Shown here piece by piece: positions 21,174 through 31,398 of a stretch of DNA of 64,000 nt. Every line of letters begins with the position of its first letter. The stretch's first letter is position 1. Position numbers and translations under genes: made by a program. The DNA is taken from contig CAWHCF010000013.1 of NCBI GenBank assembly GCA_963827655.1, positions 1-64,000 of the forward strand, in the 5' to 3' direction. The DNA is from an uncultured Acidobacteriota bacterium. GTDB taxonomy: Bacteria > Acidobacteriota > UBA6911. The notes beneath the pieces are model-generated. The model made no database searches. It saw only the letters and a list, made by a program, of their open reading frames with translations, and was not told the origin of the DNA.

Positions 21174-22376
21174 CTATTGTTTGCTTCCCGTCAAGCCGGA
21201 CCGTCGTTCCGGTGATCCGGACCGTCGTTCTGGTGATCCAGACCACTTTCTCTCCTGTTTCGGGAAAAGCGATCCCATCCATTTCTTCTTCCGGAAAACG
21301 ACCAGCATACTCAAGGCGACCGCCGCCATGAGTCCCAGGGTGAAGGGGTAGCCGTAACGCCAGTTAAGCTCGGGCATATTCCAGGGCGAGCTCTCCGGGT
21401 TGAAGTTCATGCCGTAGATGCTGGCGATGAAATTCAACGGGATGAAGACCACCGTGAAAATCGTAAGCACCTTCATGATTTCGTTCAGGCGATTGCTGAC
21501 ACTGGACAGGTACACTTCCACCAGGCTCGAAGCGATTTCCCGGTAGTTCTCCAGCAGATCGATCAGCTGGACGGCATGGTCGTAGCAATCGCGCAAGTAG
21601 ATCCGGGTCTCATCCGATATGAGCGGCGTCGGGTCCCGCACCAGGGAATTTACGGCTTCGCGAAGGGGCCAGATCGCGCGTCTGAGCACAAGCAGGTCAC
21701 GCTTGACCTGGTGAATCTGCGCGATGATTTGCGTGTCGGCTCTTGCGATGACTTCATCCTCGAGCTCTTCCAGTCGTTCCCCGTACCTTTCCAGCACGGG
21801 GAAATAGTCATCGATGAACGCATCGATCAAGGCATAGGCCAGGTAATCGGGACCGCAATTTCTGATCCGCCCGCCTCCCTTGGAGATGCGATCGCGAACG
21901 GTATCGAAGCAGTCTCCCGGCGTGCTCCTGGAAGGTCAACACGTAGTTTCTTCCCAGAAAAATGCTGAGTTGCTCGGTGTCGAGGGCTTCGTCGCTGCCG
22001 TTGTTGACCATCCGCCCGACGATAAAATGATATTTGCCGTAGGGCTCAACTTTCGCCCGCTGGTGGACGTTAACGACATCCTCGAGAGACTAGGCGGTGC
22101 AGGTCGAAGACCTCGCCGATTCTTCCCAGCGTCACGGCGTCCCCCAGACCGTCGACATTCACCCAGGTCACGGGCCAGCGATCGAGAAACTCCCTGACCG
22201 CTTGCGGGTCGTCGATTTGTTTGTCGGTGATCGCACCGGAACCATAGGCTATGACGCGAACCCTGGAGCCGCGTCGCCTCGGGGTCGACCGCCAATGTTC
22301 CCGGAGCAGCGCCCGGGAGCGTGCGGCGGTAAATCTCGTCTTTCCTCCGCTTTTCCTTGCCTTTTCTCATAGCCAT
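21174..22376 (-). CDS. corA: Magnesium/cobalt transporter CorA, several frameshifts between about 21830 and 22270
   Basis: PGAAPGTL start; TEQLSIFLGRNYVLTFQE; DAFIDDYFP; LRDCYDH; NEIMKVLT; YGMNF; MPEL..RYGY. Confidence 0.88.
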
Positions 22377-22377
22377 T

Positions 22378-22462
22378 TCGATTTACGATTTCTTGACGAT
22401 TTACAAGACACCGCGTCAGGCCTGCTTCAATCGTCAATCGTCAATCGTGAATCGTAAATCGT
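22378..22462. repeat. Inverted heptamer array (GATTTAC/GATTGAC against AATCGTC)
   Basis: cgatttacgatttcttgacgatttac followed by aatcgtcaatcgtcaatcgtgaatcgtaaatcg. Confidence 0.85.
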
Positions 22463-22498
22463 ATTGACGCCAGGAGACGCAAATCCGCAACAACAAAC

Positions 22499-22942
22499 TC
22501 AGATATACGCGATCACGTCGATCTCGACCAGAGAATTCCCGGGGATGCCGGCGGCGGCCGCAATGGTCGTTCTGACCGGCGGGTTTTCTCCGAATCGGCC
22601 TCGGAAAACTTCATTCATCCCCTGGTAGTCTTTGAGATCATTGAGATAGACATTGCACTTGAGAACCTTATCCATGGAAGAGCCTGCGTTTTCCAGCTCC
22701 TTCTGAACCTCGTCGAGCACATGTTTGGTGTGGGCCTTGATGTCGCCTTGAAAGTGGGCTCCCTTACCGGCGATGAAAAGCAGGTTGCCATAGGAAACCG
22801 CGCCTGAGAAGAGGGGGGTCTTCTCGGGCTTTGAGCCCTTGTAATGAACTTTCTTGACCGGACCTGACTGCGCGCTCGCCACGGTGGGAGCAACGCCCAG
22901 GCCAAACGCCGCCTTCAGCAAATTTCTGCGATCTGCTATCAT
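22499..22942 (-). CDS. RidA/YjgF family protein with Tat signal
   Basis: MIADRRNLLK signal; VLKCNVYL.D..DY..MNEV, PPVRTT, LVEIDVIA; GAGGAG RBS. Confidence 0.9.
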   Translation of the reverse strand: MIADRRNLLKAAFGLGVAPTVASAQSGPVKKVHYKGSKPEKTPLFSGAVSYGNLLFIAGKGAHFQGDIKAHTKHVLDEVQKELENAGSSMDKVLKCNVYLNDLKDYQGMNEVFRGRFGENPPVRTTIAAAAGIPGNSLVEIDVIAYI

Positions 22943-23074
22943 AACTCCTCCTTTTGGGGTGTGAAAGCTTATCACGAAACGGAGACTTCCCCCTTGTTCC
23001 TCGTTTCTCAAACGAGGGAGATGTCCCCGTTTCTCGATTTCTCCGGTCTCGAAACGAGGGAGACGTCCTCATTC

Positions 23075-24334
23075 ATGAAGATCAGCGCGGTCCAATCATT
23101 CCTGCTCTCCTACCCTTTGCGCGAACCGCGCCGGCTGCCGTTCCATGGCGGCGAGCGCACGATCGTGAAACGTGACGCTATGCTGGTAAGGATCGAGGCC
23201 GATAACGGATTGGTCGGCTACGCTCCGGGACCCGGCAGTGAAAACGCGCATCGCATCATCGAGCGTACCGTAGGACCCTTCCTGGAAGGACGCGAGCTCA
23301 ATGATATCGACGCGCTCCGGACTCAGTTCCAGGCCGCTCCAGGCGCGGACCTCGAGCTGGCCAAGGTTTACTGCGCCGTCGAGGTTGCCTTGTACGATCT
23401 GCTGGGCAAAGAGCGGGAAATGCCGGTCTCTGAGCTCCTGGGCGGCCGCGTGCGAGATCGGATTCAAGTTTACGGCAGCGCCGGGATGTACATGGCTCCC
23501 GAAGGGTATGCTGCCGAAGCCGGCCGAATCGCCGGCCTGGGGTTCAAGGCCTATAAAATGCGGCCGGCCCTCGGGCCGGAGCAAGACCTCGAGGCGGTCA
23601 GGCTTATGCGTCAAGCCGTGGGTCCGGACATGAAGCTCATGGTCGACGCGCACAGCTGGTGGCGGATGGGCGATCACAGCTACGACTACTCAACCGTCGA
23701 ACGGCTGGCTCGCGAGATGGCCGGCTACGGCGTTTTCTGGCTCGAAGAGCCGATCACACCGGACGATCACGCCGGCTACCGGTCGCTCAGGGAAAAGGGG
23801 TATCTGCCGATTGCCAGCGGCGAACATGAGCCCAGTGAAGAGGGCTACCTGGACCTGCTCGCCTCGGGAAGCGTCGATTATGTACAGATGGACGTTTGTT
23901 GCCAGGGGGGTTACGCGATGGGTCAGCGAATCTTTACGGAGATTGCCCGTCGAGGCGTGAAGTTCGCATTCCACAGCTGGGGTACGGCGCTGGAGGTTAT
24001 TGCCGCCGCCCATCTTGGTGTGTGCTGGCCCGCCACCGTGGTCGAGTGGTTGGAGTATCCGGTTTATTCTACGGACGTGGTTGAGAGCATGTACGAGTTT
24101 CCGCTCGCCTCAGAGATCCTGGCAACACCACTCCGGATCGAGGGGAGCGACCTGATCCTGCCAAAGCTTCCCGGTCTTGGAGTGGAGATTGACGAATCCG
24201 TGATCGCAAGGTACCCTTGGGTTCCCGGTCCGTGGTCTTTCTTTCGACTCTTTTCGCCCGCTGGAACGTGGGCGGTGACCTCGGACCACAGCATCAAATG
24301 GAATTCGGTGACAGGCGCCGCCCTTCCAATTTAG
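23075..24334 (+). CDS. Mandelate racemase/muconate-lactonizing (enolase superfamily) enzyme
   Basis: ALYDLLGK..MPVSELLGG, KAYKMR, LMVDA, WLEEP, PIASGE, PGLGVEID. Confidence 0.9.
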   Translation: MKISAVQSFLLSYPLREPRRLPFHGGERTIVKRDAMLVRIEADNGLVGYAPGPGSENAHRIIERTVGPFLEGRELNDIDALRTQFQAAPGADLELAKVYCAVEVALYDLLGKEREMPVSELLGGRVRDRIQVYGSAGMYMAPEGYAAEAGRIAGLGFKAYKMRPALGPEQDLEAVRLMRQAVGPDMKLMVDAHSWWRMGDHSYDYSTVERLAREMAGYGVFWLEEPITPDDHAGYRSLREKGYLPIASGEHEPSEEGYLDLLASGSVDYVQMDVCCQGGYAMGQRIFTEIARRGVKFAFHSWGTALEVIAAAHLGVCWPATVVEWLEYPVYSTDVVESMYEFPLASEILATPLRIEGSDLILPKLPGLGVEIDESVIARYPWVPGPWSFFRLFSPAGTWAVTSDHSIKWNSVTGAALPI

Positions 24335-24379
24335 CAGAACTCGATAAACCCTTACTACCGTGTACAATACAAGATCAGT

Positions 24380-27340
24380 ATGCCCATAAGCACTATGCTA
24401 CCTAAACCCTCAGACGCGAAGACCAGGCGTTCAACCTTGGATTTTCTTGCCGACACAGGATCCTTTATTGGCCGACACATCGGCCCAAGCGATGAAGAGT
24501 GCCGGGAAATGCTCGACTTCCTGGAACTTTCGTCGCTCGACGAACTTGTGGATAAAACGGTTCCGCAATCCATCCGCCTATCCAGTCCTCTCCAAATCGG
24601 AGAAAGCCGCAGCGAGCATGCCGTCCTGGCCGACTTGCGTCAAATTGCTTCCAGGAATCAGGTTTTCCGTTCGTTCATCGGGATGGGGTATCACGACTGC
24701 ATCACCCCACCCGTGATCCAGCGCAATATTCTTGAAAACCCCGGCTGGTACACTCAGTACACTCCCTATCAGGCGGAGATAGCTCAAGGGCGCCTGGAAG
24801 CCCTGCTGAATTTCCAGACCATGGTGATCGACCTGACCGGGATGGAGATCGCCAATGCCTCTCTGCTGGACGAGGGTACGGCTGCAGCCGAGGCGATGTC
24901 CATGAGTCTCAATCTCTCCAGTACTGAGGCCCGAGCGTTCTTTGTTTCCACGGCCTGTCACCCCCAGACCATCGATGTGGTCAGGACGCGAGCGGAACCG
25001 ATTGGCATCAAGGTCCTCCTGGGCGACCACAGGGAGTTTGACTTTCAGGAACCGGTCTTTGGCGCTCTGTTGCAATATCCTGCCAGCGATGGCGCGGTTT
25101 ATAACTACCGCTCCTTCATTGAGAAAGCGCATGAGGCGGGAGCGCTGGTCACCGTGGCCGCAGACCCGCTCAGTCTGACCTTGCTCAAGCCGCCGGCCGA
25201 ATTCGGCGCCGATATTGTGGTCGGAAGCACGCAGCGTTTTGGCGTGCCGCTGGGTTATGGCGGACCCCACGCCGCTTATTTCGCGACGCGTGAAGCTTAC
25301 AAAAGGCAGATGCCAGGGCGCATTGTCGGAGTTTCAAGGGACGCAGACGGAAAAACCGCCCTTCGCCTCGCGTTGCAGACCCGGGAGCAGCATATCCGGC
25401 GCGACAAGGCTACCAGCAACATCTGCACCGCTCAGGTTTTACTGGCCGTGATGGCCGGCATGTATGCGGTCTACCATGGCCCGTCGGGATTGAAGAACAT
25501 CGCCCGGCGCATTCACCAGTTCACGGCTATCCTGGCGGAGGGTCTGCATCGCCTTGGTTACTCCACAGGCTCCGAGCCATTCTTCGATACGGTGCGGGTG
25601 AGTCTGGGGAACCGGCGTCTGGAGAGTATTCTGGAGGCTGCAAGGTCGCGACGGATCAATTTGCGGACCCTGGATAGCACTACCCTGGGGGTGACCCTGG
25701 ACGAAACCACAAGAGTCGAGGATCTGACGGATCTGTTCGCAGTCTTCGGAGAGGGAGGGGCACCTGCTTTCAGTGTCGAAGATCTTGCCGAGGATATTGA
25801 TCTGGAACTCAATGAACAATTGGAGCGTACTTCCAGCTATCTGACTCATCCCGTTTTCAACCGCTATCATTCGGAAACTGAGCTTCTGCGCTACATCCAC
25901 CGGCTCGAAGCCAAGGATCTTTCGCTCACCACGTCGATGATCCCGCTGGGCTCCTGCACGATGAAGCTCAATGCCACCGCAGAGATGTTTCCGGTAAGCT
26001 GGCCCGAGTTCAGCGAGATTCATCCGTTCGCTCCGCCCGGACAGACGCAAGGGTACAAGATCCTTTTTGAGCAGCTCGAGCAATGGCTGGCAGAAATTAC
26101 CGGGTTCGCTGCCGTCTCTTTACAGCCGAACGCCGGATCTCAGGGCGAATATGCGGGTCTGCTGGTTATCCGGCAATACCACGAGAGCCAGGGTGAAAAG
26201 AATCGAAACCTCTGTCTTATCCCTCAGTCGGCGCATGGGACAAATCCCGCCAGCGCAGTCATGGCCGGAATGAAGGTGGTGGCGGTAGCCTGTGACCGGA
26301 ACGGAAACATAGACCTCGCGGATCTTGAAGCCAAGGCCGCGAAGCACTCGCGCGAGCTCGCGGCATTGATGGTGACCTATCCTTCGACCCATGGAGTGTT
26401 TGAAGAGTCCATCAAAGACATCTGCGCCATCGTCCACCGGCACGGAGGGCAAGTCTACATGGACGGCGCGAACATGAACGCGCAGGTCGGGCTGTGCCGG
26501 CCGGGGGACTTCGGCGCCGACGTCTGCCACCTGAACTTACACAAGACCTTTTGTATTCCGCACGGGGGGGGAGGTCCCGGCATGGGACCCATCGGGGTCA
26601 TGCCGCATTTAGCGCAGTTCCTCCCCAGGCACCCGGTTGTGACCGTAGGCGGGGAACATGGAATCGGTGCCGTATCCGCGGCCCCATGGGGAAGCGCCAG
26701 CATTCTGACGATTCCCTGGGTTTACATCGCCATGATGGGGACGCGAGGTCTCACTGAAGCGAGCAGGGTCGCGATTCTCAATGCCAACTATATTGCCAAA
26801 AGGCTGGAACCCCACTACCGCGTCGTTTACAAGGGAAAGGAGAATCTCGTAGCGCATGAATGTATCCTGGACATGCGCCCCTTGAAGGCCAGCGCGGGAG
26901 TCGAAGTGGAAGACATTGCAAAGCGCCTCATGGACTATGGATTTCATGCCCCTACGGTCTCCTGGCCTGTCGCGGGCACCATCATGGTAGAGCCGACTGA
27001 GAGCGAATCAAAGGAGGAGCTCGACCGCTTCTGCGACGCGATGATCGCGATTCGACGCGAAATCGAGGAGATTGAAACCGGCCGGCAGGATTCCGAAAAC
27101 AACCTGTTGAAGAACGCGCCCCACACGGCGCAGGCCCTGGTGTCGCCGGAATGGAATCGCCCCTATACCCGGGAGCGCGCCGTCTTTCCCGCTCCCTGGA
27201 CGCGAGAACACAAATTCTGGCCTTCCGTTGCGCGCATCGACAGCGTTTACGGAGACCGCAACCTCGTGTGCTCCTGCCCGACGATTGACGATTTACGATT
27301 GACGATTGATTACGATTTACGATTGACGATTGACGATTGA
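24380..27340 (+). CDS. gcvP: Glycine dehydrogenase (single-chain P protein)
   Basis: [50 protein letters not shown]; C-terminus extended by a heptamer repeat. Confidence 0.97.
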   Translation: MPISTMLPKPSDAKTRRSTLDFLADTGSFIGRHIGPSDEECREMLDFLELSSLDELVDKTVPQSIRLSSPLQIGESRSEHAVLADLRQIASRNQVFRSFIGMGYHDCITPPVIQRNILENPGWYTQYTPYQAEIAQGRLEALLNFQTMVIDLTGMEIANASLLDEGTAAAEAMSMSLNLSSTEARAFFVSTACHPQTIDVVRTRAEPIGIKVLLGDHREFDFQEPVFGALLQYPASDGAVYNYRSFIEKAHEAGALVTVAADPLSLTLLKPPAEFGADIVVGSTQRFGVPLGYGGPHAAYFATREAYKRQMPGRIVGVSRDADGKTALRLALQTREQHIRRDKATSNICTAQVLLAVMAGMYAVYHGPSGLKNIARRIHQFTAILAEGLHRLGYSTGSEPFFDTVRVSLGNRRLESILEAARSRRINLRTLDSTTLGVTLDETTRVEDLTDLFAVFGEGGAPAFSVEDLAEDIDLELNEQLERTSSYLTHPVFNRYHSETELLRYIHRLEAKDLSLTTSMIPLGSCTMKLNATAEMFPVSWPEFSEIHPFAPPGQTQGYKILFEQLEQWLAEITGFAAVSLQPNAGSQGEYAGLLVIRQYHESQGEKNRNLCLIPQSAHGTNPASAVMAGMKVVAVACDRNGNIDLADLEAKAAKHSRELAALMVTYPSTHGVFEESIKDICAIVHRHGGQVYMDGANMNAQVGLCRPGDFGADVCHLNLHKTFCIPHGGGGPGMGPIGVMPHLAQFLPRHPVVTVGGEHGIGAVSAAPWGSASILTIPWVYIAMMGTRGLTEASRVAILNANYIAKRLEPHYRVVYKGKENLVAHECILDMRPLKASAGVEVEDIAKRLMDYGFHAPTVSWPVAGTIMVEPTESESKEELDRFCDAMIAIRREIEEIETGRQDSENNLLKNAPHTAQALVSPEWNRPYTRERAVFPAPWTREHKFWPSVARIDSVYGDRNLVCSCPTIDDLRLTIDYDLRLTIDD

Positions 27341-27450
27341 CCCGGATCTTTCAATCGTGAATCGCTAGATCTTGCCCGAGTTCGTACGACGTCCAATCGT
27401 ACGCCTCCTCGGGTTCAATCGTCAATCGTAAATCGTCAATCGTCAATCGA
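27281..27450. repeat. Inverted heptamer array between convergent gcvP and gcvH
   Basis: (GATTGAC/GATTTAC)n at 27281-27340; (AATCGTC)n at 27415-27450. Confidence 0.9.
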
Positions 27451-27452
27451 GA

Positions 27453-27842
27453 TCAGCTGCCTGATTGCTCCTGGATATACTCCTCGTACTCTTCGGCACT
27501 GAGCAATTCCTTCAGCTCATCGAGGTTCGTAATCCGTAGCTTGATCATCCAGGCCTTCTGATGAGGCGATTCGTTGATTAGCTCGGGTTTGTCCTCCAGT
27601 TTGGTGTTGACCTCGATTACCTCACCGCTTATAGGACAGAATATCTCGGAAACGGCCTTGACCGACTCCACCGAACCAAAAGGTTCGTTCGCTTCAAAAG
27701 TGTCGCCGACCTCCGGCAGGTCAACGTAAACGACATCCCCAAGTTCGTGCTGAGCGTAATCCGTAATACCTATGATCCCTATATCCCCCTGTACGAATAT
27801 CCACTCGTGATCCTTCGTGTAAAGATTTTCTTCGGGATACAT
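27453..27842 (-). CDS. gcvH: Glycine cleavage H protein
   Basis: YTKDHEW, GITDYAQ..LGDVVYV, VESVKA (lipoyl Lys). Confidence 0.97.
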   Translation of the reverse strand: MYPEENLYTKDHEWIFVQGDIGIIGITDYAQHELGDVVYVDLPEVGDTFEANEPFGSVESVKAVSEIFCPISGEVIEVNTKLEDKPELINESPHQKAWMIKLRITNLDELKELLSAEEYEEYIQEQSGS

Positions 27843-27870
27843 CGGTTAACCTCCACTAGAGGAATATCAG

Positions 27871-27967
27871 GATTGACGATTTACGATTTACGATTGACGA
27901 TTGAAAATCCAGTCAGTCACTAATTGATCGTCAGATCGTCAATCGTAAATCGTCAATCGTCAATCGT
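27871..27967. repeat. Inverted heptamer array between gcvT and gcvH
   Basis: gattgacgatttacgatttacgattgacgattga followed by gatcgtcaatcgtaaatcgtcaatcgtcaatcg. Confidence 0.9.
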
Positions 27968-29065
27968 TTTGGCCCGTCTGTAAAAGGGTGTCGGAACTAC
28001 CTGAGCTCGGGAGGGCTTTTCCCGAATGACGACGTCGAACTGGGTTCCCACGGCGCACCGATCAGCAGGCAGGTAGGTCAGGCCGATGTTCTTCTTCAGA
28101 AAAGGAGCCGGACTTCCACTGGTCACGCTCCCGACACGCTGGCCGCTTATCTCGACCGAGTAGTGATCGCGCGCAATCCCGCGCTCAGCCATCTCGAACC
28201 CGACCAGTTTTCGCTTCAAGCCTTCCTGTTTCTGTTTTATCAGAACGTCGCGACCGATGAAGTCCCCCTTATCCAGTTTACAGATCCACGCGAGATCTGC
28301 TTCCAGGACTGTTGTCGTATCGTCGATATCATTGCCGTAGAGCGCCAGTTTCGCCTCGAGCCTGAGAGTGTTTCGAGCGGCCAGCCCCGCCGGTTGGATC
28401 GCAGTCGCCCTCCCCGATTCCATGATCCGGGTCCATAGGTTTTCAGCGTGCGCGGGGTGGCAATAGATCTCGAAGCCATCCTCGCCCGTGTAGCCGGTTC
28501 GGGAGATCAGGACTTCAGCGTCGCACATTTTTCCCTGCACGAACCAATAGGACTTCATGTCGCTGAGCCGGAGGTCGGTGAGAGGCTGAAGGATCGAACA
28601 GGCCTGGGGTCCCTGGACCGCCAGCTGGGAAAAATCTTCGCTCCGGTCGAGCGCATCAACCTGTCCGCGCGTGTTTTCCAGGATCCATTTATAGTCCTTC
28701 TCCTGGTTGGACGCGTTGACGCACATTAGAAAATGGCTGCGACTGAGGCAGTAGACCAGAACGTCATCGATGAAGGTTCCTTGGGGCGTTGTGAGGGCGG
28801 AATACTGGCATTGACCTACTGCAAGCCGGTTTACGTCATTACAGGTCAGCCTTTGGATGTTCTCTTCGGCGGCGGGTCCCTTCAATTCTAGTTCACCCAT
28901 GTGGCTTACGTCGAAGATGCCGGCGCCGGTTCGCACGGCCATGTGTTCCTGGATCGGACCACTGTACTGGACCGGCATCTCCCACCCGGCGAACTCGATC
29001 ATGCGGGCGCCTGACTGGCGATGGATAGCATTCAGAGCGGTTTTTCTTAATTCTGGTGAATTCAT
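27953..29065 (-). CDS. gcvT: Glycine cleavage T protein (aminomethyltransferase)
   Basis: FAGWEMPVQY, FDVSHMG, SRTGYTGEDGFE, GLAARNTLRLEA. Confidence 0.97.
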   Translation of the reverse strand: MNSPELRKTALNAIHRQSGARMIEFAGWEMPVQYSGPIQEHMAVRTGAGIFDVSHMGELELKGPAAEENIQRLTCNDVNRLAVGQCQYSALTTPQGTFIDDVLVYCLSRSHFLMCVNASNQEKDYKWILENTRGQVDALDRSEDFSQLAVQGPQACSILQPLTDLRLSDMKSYWFVQGKMCDAEVLISRTGYTGEDGFEIYCHPAHAENLWTRIMESGRATAIQPAGLAARNTLRLEAKLALYGNDIDDTTTVLEADLAWICKLDKGDFIGRDVLIKQKQEGLKRKLVGFEMAERGIARDHYSVEISGQRVGSVTSGSPAPFLKKNIGLTYLPADRCAVGTQFDVVIREKPSRAQVVPTPFYRRAKTIDD

Positions 29066-29096
29066 CAAAGCCGCCCCGAAGTGAAAAAGAATCTGG

Positions 29097-29126
29097 AATC
29101 TAACAGACCCTTCTCTACGAAGTCAA
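29097..29126 (-). promoter_or_regulatory. Putative sigma70 promoter for gcvT-gcvH
   Basis: Minus strand reads TTGACT-N18-TAGATT with an extended -10 TG. Confidence 0.35.
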
Positions 29127-29135
29127 GAATTGGGG

Positions 29136-29236
29136 AATTGGAAACGTCCCACTCGTTTACCTGTTTCTTGCGAGGTCGAAATGCGGATAGCATCTGCTCT
29201 GAAAAAAACAGGTAAACGAGTGGGAAGCCCCCAATT
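29136..29236. repeat. MITE/REP-like inverted repeat with 20 bp perfect arms
   Basis: TCCCACTCGTTTACCTGTTT (29147-29166) pairs with AAACAGGTAAACGAGTGGGA (29206-29225); outer AATTGG/CCAATT. Confidence 0.8.
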
Positions 29237-29259
29237 TCTCTCCGTGGTACCATAAAACG

Positions 29260-30984
29260 ATGCGTGGTCTGGTCTGTAAAACCGATAACCTTACTGAAAA
29301 GATCCGGTGGCAAAAGGAGGCGGTGGAGCGGCTGAAGGAAGAGATCTTTGGCACCGACAAGAGGCGGGACAGCCGGTACATTCGAGACTTCATGCTGGAG
29401 TTCGAAGACTTCGAGGAAGTTTCGACCTATCAAGAGCTTCTCGAGACCGCCCGGAATTCGCGAATCATCTACATCGGTGACTACCATGCCCTCGAGAAGT
29501 GCCAGCAATTCCAGGCCGGCTTTCTCCAGGATCTGGCCGATCAGCGTGTGATGCTGGCGGTTGAGTTGTTTTACGGCAGGGACCAGCGAGCGCTGGACGA
29601 TTGGATGAACCGTCGAATCGATGACACGCAGTTACTCAAACGCGTACGCTACGGGTTGGAATGGGGATACAGTTGGGACAGCTACCGAGCCCTCCTCGAG
29701 GTGGCGCGCAAGAATGGCATACCGGTCTCTGGCATCGACTGCGCACCGCGGAATGATCTCCGTTACATCAGAAAACGAGATACGGCGGTTGCTGCCAAGA
29801 TTGTGGATCTGCTTCAGCGGAACCCCGGCCATAAGCTGGTGGTTTCATTCGGCGAGTCGCACCTGGCTTCGAATCATCTCCCACTCAAGGTCACCCGTCA
29901 CTTTCCGACGGGACAAGCGCCGTCTCGCGTCACCGTACTTCAGAACCTCGACGAGGTCTATTGGAAGATTGCCTGCGACGGATTCGAAGACGAGCGGGTC
30001 GTGAAGCTCAAGGATCGTACCTACTGCTTTTTCAACGCGACCCCGTTCGAGAAATATGAAGGATATAGACGCCAGCTCGAAATCTGGAAGGCTCACAGCG
30101 AAGAGGATCAGCGCCTGGATCTAACCTCCACGGTTTACAAGCTGATCGACGCCGTTCTCGAATTCACCCGCATTGACAAATACACGTACTGTCTGAGGCA
30201 TGACGGAGTTTGCCTGGAGTTCTTCATCGACGGATACCCGGAGGTTTATTCGCGCGAGAAGTTCGAGGACTTCAAAAGGCTACTTCTTCAGAATCACGAC
30301 AACAAGGCGCACATCAACCAGATCATCAACCACACAAAGCTGCAGGGAAGCTGTTACGTTCCGCGTATCAATGCGATCTTCATCGGCAAGTTTGACCTGG
30401 TCCACGGCGCCGAGGAAGCGGCGCACTTTGTGAATTTCGCCTTGAAGGGGCAACGGTATCAGCACTATCGGCCGAAGCCTCTGAACGCTGCAACGGAATT
30501 CTACCTGACCACGCTGGAAGAGGCGCTGGGTTACTTCGGTTCCAAGCTGATTGCCCCCGGTCGCAATCACTGTCACGAAAGCGACATCCTGCATCCAGAG
30601 CGGCTGAATAGACCGGGGCGAAAGCTGCTTGGCGTATCTGCCGACAAGGTCCGGTGGATCAGACAATTTCTCCACAACCACAAGATACTGGAGTGCCAGT
30701 ACGCCCGGATGCGTGATCTGCCCGAAATCATCTCGCGCGGCTTCAGGTCCAGCGGACGGATCTTCGCTATCTTGACCCATGAGCTGGGATACCTCCTGGG
30801 AGAGCAGCTCTATCGCGGTTACCGCGACGGAGAATTCTCCCGGCGAGAGATTTCCCAACTCTTTCAGACTCGGTTCGAAGAGTCCGGATCTCCGATCGAA
30901 GCTTACTTCACTCTTGCCGAGCGTGCCGAGCCCCTTCCGATTGACCTTGAAGTCCCGGGTCGACCCCACCGTCTTCGCGCTTAG
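29260..30984 (+). CDS. ChaN/EreA-like domain protein with an uncharacterised C-terminal domain
   Basis: IIYIGDYH, LAVELF, RD...A..I and FGESHL resemble ChaN-family motifs; no signal peptide seen. Confidence 0.6.
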   Translation: MRGLVCKTDNLTEKIRWQKEAVERLKEEIFGTDKRRDSRYIRDFMLEFEDFEEVSTYQELLETARNSRIIYIGDYHALEKCQQFQAGFLQDLADQRVMLAVELFYGRDQRALDDWMNRRIDDTQLLKRVRYGLEWGYSWDSYRALLEVARKNGIPVSGIDCAPRNDLRYIRKRDTAVAAKIVDLLQRNPGHKLVVSFGESHLASNHLPLKVTRHFPTGQAPSRVTVLQNLDEVYWKIACDGFEDERVVKLKDRTYCFFNATPFEKYEGYRRQLEIWKAHSEEDQRLDLTSTVYKLIDAVLEFTRIDKYTYCLRHDGVCLEFFIDGYPEVYSREKFEDFKRLLLQNHDNKAHINQIINHTKLQGSCYVPRINAIFIGKFDLVHGAEEAAHFVNFALKGQRYQHYRPKPLNAATEFYLTTLEEALGYFGSKLIAPGRNHCHESDILHPERLNRPGRKLLGVSADKVRWIRQFLHNHKILECQYARMRDLPEIISRGFRSSGRIFAILTHELGYLLGEQLYRGYRDGEFSRREISQLFQTRFEESGSPIEAYFTLAERAEPLPIDLEVPGRPHRLRA

Positions 30985-31398
30985 TCGGCTGGTTCTAAAT
31001 ACGGTGACGTCTTGGGCAGAGCTGTACGAGTCGGCTCTGTTTTTGCCTAGGCCCGTTGGGCCGACAGTGCGTAGCGCCTGCCGTAAGGCGGAGGGCACAG
31101 CCCGTGAGCACTCGAGGCCGACAGCGCACGTATCTGTGCCGGTGTTTCGTGACTCGATGAATCTGGTCTCACAACCAGATTGACGGGCGTGGCTACTACT
31201 GCCGGGCCTTCGGCCCTGGCTACCGGCACTCGAGCTTCTGTGCCTGTGAAATGTCCAAGACTCCACGGCCCTTCGGCCTAACTGCTCAGAAGTACGTTAG
31301 CGTAATTGCGAACAGCAATACTCAGTCGTCAAGACGAGATCCGCCGGCGCCGACTATTTCCTGGTAACGAAATCTGAACTGGTCTATATTGAGCCATC

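Noticed and set aside
29066-29260. Glycine riboswitch upstream of gcvT
   Set aside because: No GGAGA/CCGAAG/CTCTCAGG aptamer pattern seen on the minus strand, and the putative promoter leaves little leader
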